Shown: positions 38,901 through 64,000 of the stretch, piece after piece
How positions within the stretch are numbered: the first letter of the stretch is position 1
Layout of the letters: each line of letters begins with the position of its first letter
Assembly: GCA_964035545.1 (NCBI GenBank)
Contig: OZ037766.1
Location: 9,786,722 to 9,850,721 of the forward strand
DNA: 64,000 nt
Direction: 5' to 3'
Origin: Bugula neritina
Taxonomy: Eukaryota; Animalia; Bryozoa
The notes under the pieces: generated by a model
What the model was told of the DNA's origin: nothing
Database searches by the model: none
Seen by the model: only the letters and a program-made list of their open reading frames with translations
Program-made: the position numbers and the translations under genes

Positions 38901-41900
38901 GTAGTTTCTTTAATTCTTCTTTCTAATTAATCGGATTAGAAAAATACTATTATATAGCAGCTACGTTTTCATATTTTTATTGTATATATTGTGGAGTTCT
39001 GACTGTAAACTGTAAGACTTTATAATTAGGCTGTGCTTTCTGTATCGCCATTTTATGCATTGCTTGTATCAATTTAGAATTTTACATGCTAAACTAGCTG
39101 ACTCTACAATATTTCAAACCAACATAGACTGGTGCTTACTTTATTTCTACAGTTTGTGCTCTAATTTGAATCAAGGTGGTATGATTTTACAATCACACAC
39201 TTGGTAAAATACCAACTGAATTAATCAAGTGTTCGTAATAGTTTTTGTCCACCTGGTGTATTAGCTTTGCTAATGGCTATTCTTTAATTTATTGTATATT
39301 ATAGAGAAACAAATTCTAGGTTAAGCTGCGAAGTAAATGCATTATTCTTTGCAGCTCATCTTATAATGATATTTGCATTCATGCTAATGGAATTGAAACT
39401 AGCTTTGATCTGTAGCTTTCCTCATCAGTAATATGGAAGTAATATTGTTCATCGGTTTGATGTTTCCTGCACATATTTATATAATGCAGTAAAAACATCT
39501 TGAAGACTCTGCAATTAGGCCTACACCCACCAGTTTGTACAATGCCTTACTTATTCTAAGTTATTTTATACACATTATAGCTACCAGGCAAATCATATTA
39601 GTCAATATTTTCAGATGTATTTTCACAGCTTGCTCTGCTAGGAATACAGAATGATTTTGAAATGCTAGATGGTTTACTGCTGGACAGCTAGATTGTATGT
39701 AGTTCTATGTGTTGTATCTTGATCTATCAATTTATTTTGCTCCAGGTGTTAAATTCTATGTGATTTACTAGGTAAGTTAGTTTTATATCATTCATAGCAA
39801 GTTACAGTAGACCTTCTGTTCTATGATTTGGGAAAATATGGAGCGTATTTTTCATTTTAATATAGGTGGCTTTCTATTACAAGTTGTATATACATGTAGA
39901 TCTATAAAGTCTAAAGATTTGATTGCTCTTCTTAATTTTATAGTAATTATTTTCTAAAATACTACTTAGGCATATATCACTATATTATACTGAGTTGTAT
40001 CCCTTAGAAGTTGTACTTCCGTAGAATTTTATCACATGCAATGGCAGATCTAAAATACTAGCCGCTTAAATTTAAAAAAATGTCTTACTTATAAAAAGAT
40101 TGAAAAAATATCCCTCTGGCCTGAGAAAATTTGTTAAACAGAAATCGGTTTTTTTTTTTGGAAACTTGCCAATAGATAATATACTAATATATTCAAAAGA
40201 TACATGTTTCTGCTAATTAATGCTTTTCGGCTTGATTACTTGGTAGTGCAAATATTTAGATGAAAAGGTGCAATGCTGCTGTGGGTCATGTAGTAGCAAT
40301 GTTGTAATGTTAATAACCCTATGAGGCTATGCTGCTCCATAAGAAAAAGCAAGTTTAAAAGTCAACATAGAAGTGAAAAATGTTCATACAGCTGAAAATC
40401 TAGTAGTATAGATTGCAGATTTGTAGTTACAAAAGTTTTATTTTGATAAAATATTTAAAAGACATTGATGAAGTATATTGTCAGATGTATCTTGTCTCAA
40501 AATTGTCAAGTGTTGGAGTAAATATATATATAGTAAATTTTATAAAAAAATAATATAACTAAATTTCATTGATTTACGCACACTCTAACTGGGAAACGTC
40601 TATCTGGGATGACACCATTATAGTGAGTATTAGGATGTTCATGTTTGCCATTACAGGATGTAAATTTGAAAGGAAGTATTTAGATTAGATGTTATATGTA
40701 AAATGTTTTGAATCATCTCTGTGGAACAAAGTATATTTGCAGTTGCTTGTTTCATAATTAGGGTAGCAAATTTCAACTTCAAATGCTTAGGGTTGGCATA
40801 ATTTTTAAATCACTGAGAATTTGCAACTCGGACTTTTATCTTTATAACATATAACTAATGTTATCATAGAGTTTACCTTAGCTGTGAACAGCTAGACTAT
40901 AGATTGATTGTATGATATTATGTCTCCACTGCACCTGAAAGTGCATCAATAATGGAAAATGATGTTTAAACAGTAAGCTTAATAGAAGAAAACAATAAAA
41001 GACATCTTTGCTTGCTGTTTCTTAAGGAGTATTTTAGAAGCTGGTGTTGTATAATATGATTGAATATTGCAATAATCAATATTCTCCGTTAAATCAAGAG
41101 TCAGTGTAGGCTTACTCCTTGTCACTAATGCAAGCAGGTGTCTTTGAATGCATTATTAATTATGACATGCATAATCAGTCAGTTTAACTTGACTAGACAA
41201 TCGTGACTTGTGCTCACTGCATGCACATGTATTAATTACTATAATACAGCCTATATCTGGGACAGTAGGTGAACAACCAGTTAAGGTATATTAATTTTAT
41301 ACATCATTCTTTTTGTATGTTTGTTGCTCTTTTACTGAGTAACAATTTATAATGTGTATGTATTTTGAGTCCCCGGCACTGGGTAATAAAGCTAGCGAGC
41401 TATTTCGAAAACTAAAGTTTGGTGGGTTGCAGCTTTCAGAGCAACCTTCTATTTAAATTTTGAATTTTAAAATTTGCAAATACCATGCTTATAACATGTA
41501 CGAGTAATAATGTTTTTACATATTTTTAAAATTATGGCAATATTTTCTTTTGAAACTATACGGAAGAATTTCTCACCACGATACTGTAGTCTGCCACAAA
41601 TAGTGATGAATAATATTTTGCTTACAATAGCTTTAAAATGTTATGTATTGTCTGCATTCACAAGAGCCTAAGTATTTTTCATATAATTATCATACTATAC
41701 TTTATGAAGACTTATATTAGTAAACTTTATTAATAAAGCTTAAGATATATATTATATCCCTTCGGCATTATACTTTTCAATAGTTGACCGCCTTATTTCC
41801 AGACCTTAACATGGAGCTTACTGCCCATAGTAGCTGATTTAACTTATAGCTGGATTCTTAGAAAATGCCTTACTTCTAGCGTTAGTTGTCTAGTACCTAG

Positions 41901-43747
41901 GATTAATTTACTTACAAGTTGTTAATATGCTCAACTGTTTACAGAGAGTAGTAAATGCTAGCAAAACATTAATCGCAGGATCTACGTAATTGATTCTAGT
42001 AATATGATAATTCAATATAATAGTATGAAGTGATTTCTTCAATTAATGAAGAAATAATATGTTGCCACAGGGAGTTGAAACCCTACAACACCTTCTTATA
42101 TTAGTGAGTTTGTAATCTTTTCCTTCAAAAACAGGGAGAGTTTATAAAAAAATTGTTTTTGCGTATAAGTTAAAATATCAATTCCGCTGAGAGCCAAAAA
42201 GTTATACAGCAGTCTTTATGATATAGTTGTTAAAGTTCTTCCAAATCTTAGAACTATTATTCAACTAGTCAAATTGCTATTTTAAATTCACTTACCTATT
42301 TATATAAAGCATGCATTGGTAGAGTGTATTTTCAACCAAAACTTATTTTTTCTAATGAGTGTCAATTACAAATCCAAATGTTATGAGCCATACTTCCTGG
42401 TGTCAAGGAACTTGGGACATGCGTGTCCAGGTCTCTTTTACTCAGCATATTTCTTTATTTATGTATGTCAACCAAAGCTTAATATGCACAATATTCCATC
42501 TATTTAGCAGTTATATTTGTTACCCGGCAATATTTATTAAATAATATATGTTGCATAACTAATTGCAATGTTTGCCGTTGATAAAAAGCAGCGAGCATAA
42601 GAGAGTTGCTTTTCCTTATTCAACACCTGTGGGTTTAAATGCATAACCTGGGTAAGAAATGTAGCTGTCAGATGTAAAGTTGTTTCATAAGCATTATGAA
42701 TAAATCAATACAATGTTATTATTATCAGAGTACTTGGCAAACTTTATTTTCATGACTAAATAGCATTAAAATAATTATTATTATAAGTTTAATCAAAATA
42801 TATATAGGTGAGTGCTTGCCACTTAGTAGATTTTAGTGAAACTATGGCCAGTAGCAGTAAGGTTGTTACCAAAGTGTTGTTGGACTATTTTAGCATTGAG
42901 AATCGAAAATATCACTAACATTTTTGTTGCACAGCAAATGTAATATTTGTAAATTAGTGCTTATAAAATATATTAATATTCACTTAATTTTCATTGTACC
43001 TATCAGTATGATTTAGATCCTAACAATGTTGTATCAAGTTGCAAAGAACTACAGTTATATCACTTCACACAGGCCAAGCTCATAACACAGATCATTATTA
43101 CAACTACACTATACCCTGCCATATAGTCAAACATATTTTCAATTGGCAGCATAATTGGCAAAATCATTACTAGTATTACTATTGTCTGGTTGTTCAACTT
43201 CTATTTGAAACTACTTTCTAAAGCAGGCATTCGGGAACTTTGAATGCAGAAAATAATACACTATACTGTTGGACAATCTACTACAGCTATATAAGTGATA
43301 TTTTATCTAGGCCTCTAGCATAACAATTATTATATTTCTACGACATTTGCTTGTATATGTGTATTGTGAGAGACTGTATAAACCCTTTTAATTTACATAA
43401 ACGTCTATAATAGTCTTTACTCTATTTATTGTGCAGCAATTTACATATTGAATTTCTCAATGTAAATGGTCTTTTCATGGTTAACTAAATCAGTTATTTA
43501 TTGGTTACAAAAAATTGCTCAACAAAAGATTGAACTTAATAATCGGCTAAAACCGATTCACTTAATAATAATCGTAGCAGCAGGCCATTTTTCTTGTCTA
43601 ACATCACCTTATAGTTTTGGCATGTTTTAGAGAGTAGGTTGAAGATAAAGAAAAGAGTGACTTGGTTTTAATTAGCTGCCGGAAAAAGCCTACAAAATTT
43701 TTCCCGCAGTGGGTCTGTGAACTGCAGACACTAGACTAACTGCTGCC

Positions 43748-63371
<19,624 letters not shown>

Positions 63372-64000
63372 CGAGTACAGGGCAAAGACTGTTCTAAACT
63401 CTCAGTTAATCATAAAGTTAATATTTTTTGATTTGATGAAATTAATGTTCAAGTTTTGTCAATTTTTAAGCAAATTACAGAAAAATATTCCATATTTCTT
63501 TTTCTTTATAAACTAAAAAGAAGCTTTCTGGTTGAGAACATAATGTAAAGGCATCTGAGTTGATACTCAGATGTTTTCAGAATGATTTAAATAATGACTA
63601 TGTGTTAACTAGTTGGTAAATTCCCTTCCGTTTATTTATTCTTATATATAGCAGTTAATGATCAACTAACTTTATGACCAACAGTAATAAGAAATAAAAT
63701 TTATGAAGTGATGTTGCAACTTGACTTTTTTAACTTTCTACTGTGCAGATATTGGTAGTAAAACAATAGGTATTTCAACATACATTATACAATTGTATGA
63801 TAAAATTATTCATTTTGTGTGTTAACTGCTTGATCTTGCGTTTTGTTACATTTTTCCATAGATTTTATGGTGGACTATTTTACCAAGATATTTTTATATG
63901 AATCTCCAATTCTTAGCATGCAAGCATAACTTTCCTTATAGCATTTTAGAATACCTATATTATATATACATGTCATTGGATTTTCAAAAGTATATTTTGC

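Noticed and set aside
63552-63573. 9-bp hairpin catctgagt-tgat-actcagatg in the KChIP 3'UTR
   Set aside because: It is too short to distinguish from chance and matches no known element.

Overview
AT-rich genomic DNA of an invertebrate animal: intron-rich genes with GT-AG splicing. The species cannot be determined from the window. Host genes: (1) a complete type I fatty-acid synthase (KS-AT-DH-pseudoMT-ER-KR-ACP-TE) on the minus strand, 14149-27785; (2) a tandem paralogue at 2651-5803 whose 8 intact exons encode only the ketosynthase domain, with divergence concentrated in the acyl-pocket exons; (3) TBL2 at 31419-35956, head-to-head with FASN; (4) a KChIP/calsenilin-like neuronal calcium sensor at 43748-63371 with two alternative N-terminal exons and apparently one canonical EF-hand. 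Mobile elements and repeats: a foldback element enclosing an HTH_Tnp_4-type transposase remnant, nested Harbinger MITEs, an intact Charlie/SPIN-like hAT transposon with a tRNA-like sequence in a GC-AG intron, a 1.5-kb (CA)n tract and a palindromic minisatellite. A young, full-length 7.5-kb Ty3/Gypsy element sits in a KChIP intron. In the env position it carries a spliced non-env third gene (zinc finger, RS/SP-rich segment, coiled coil). The two best candidates for new biology are this complex-retrovirus-like Gypsy accessory gene and the stand-alone, pocket-diverged KS gene. All alignments and translations were done by eye; no database searches were run.
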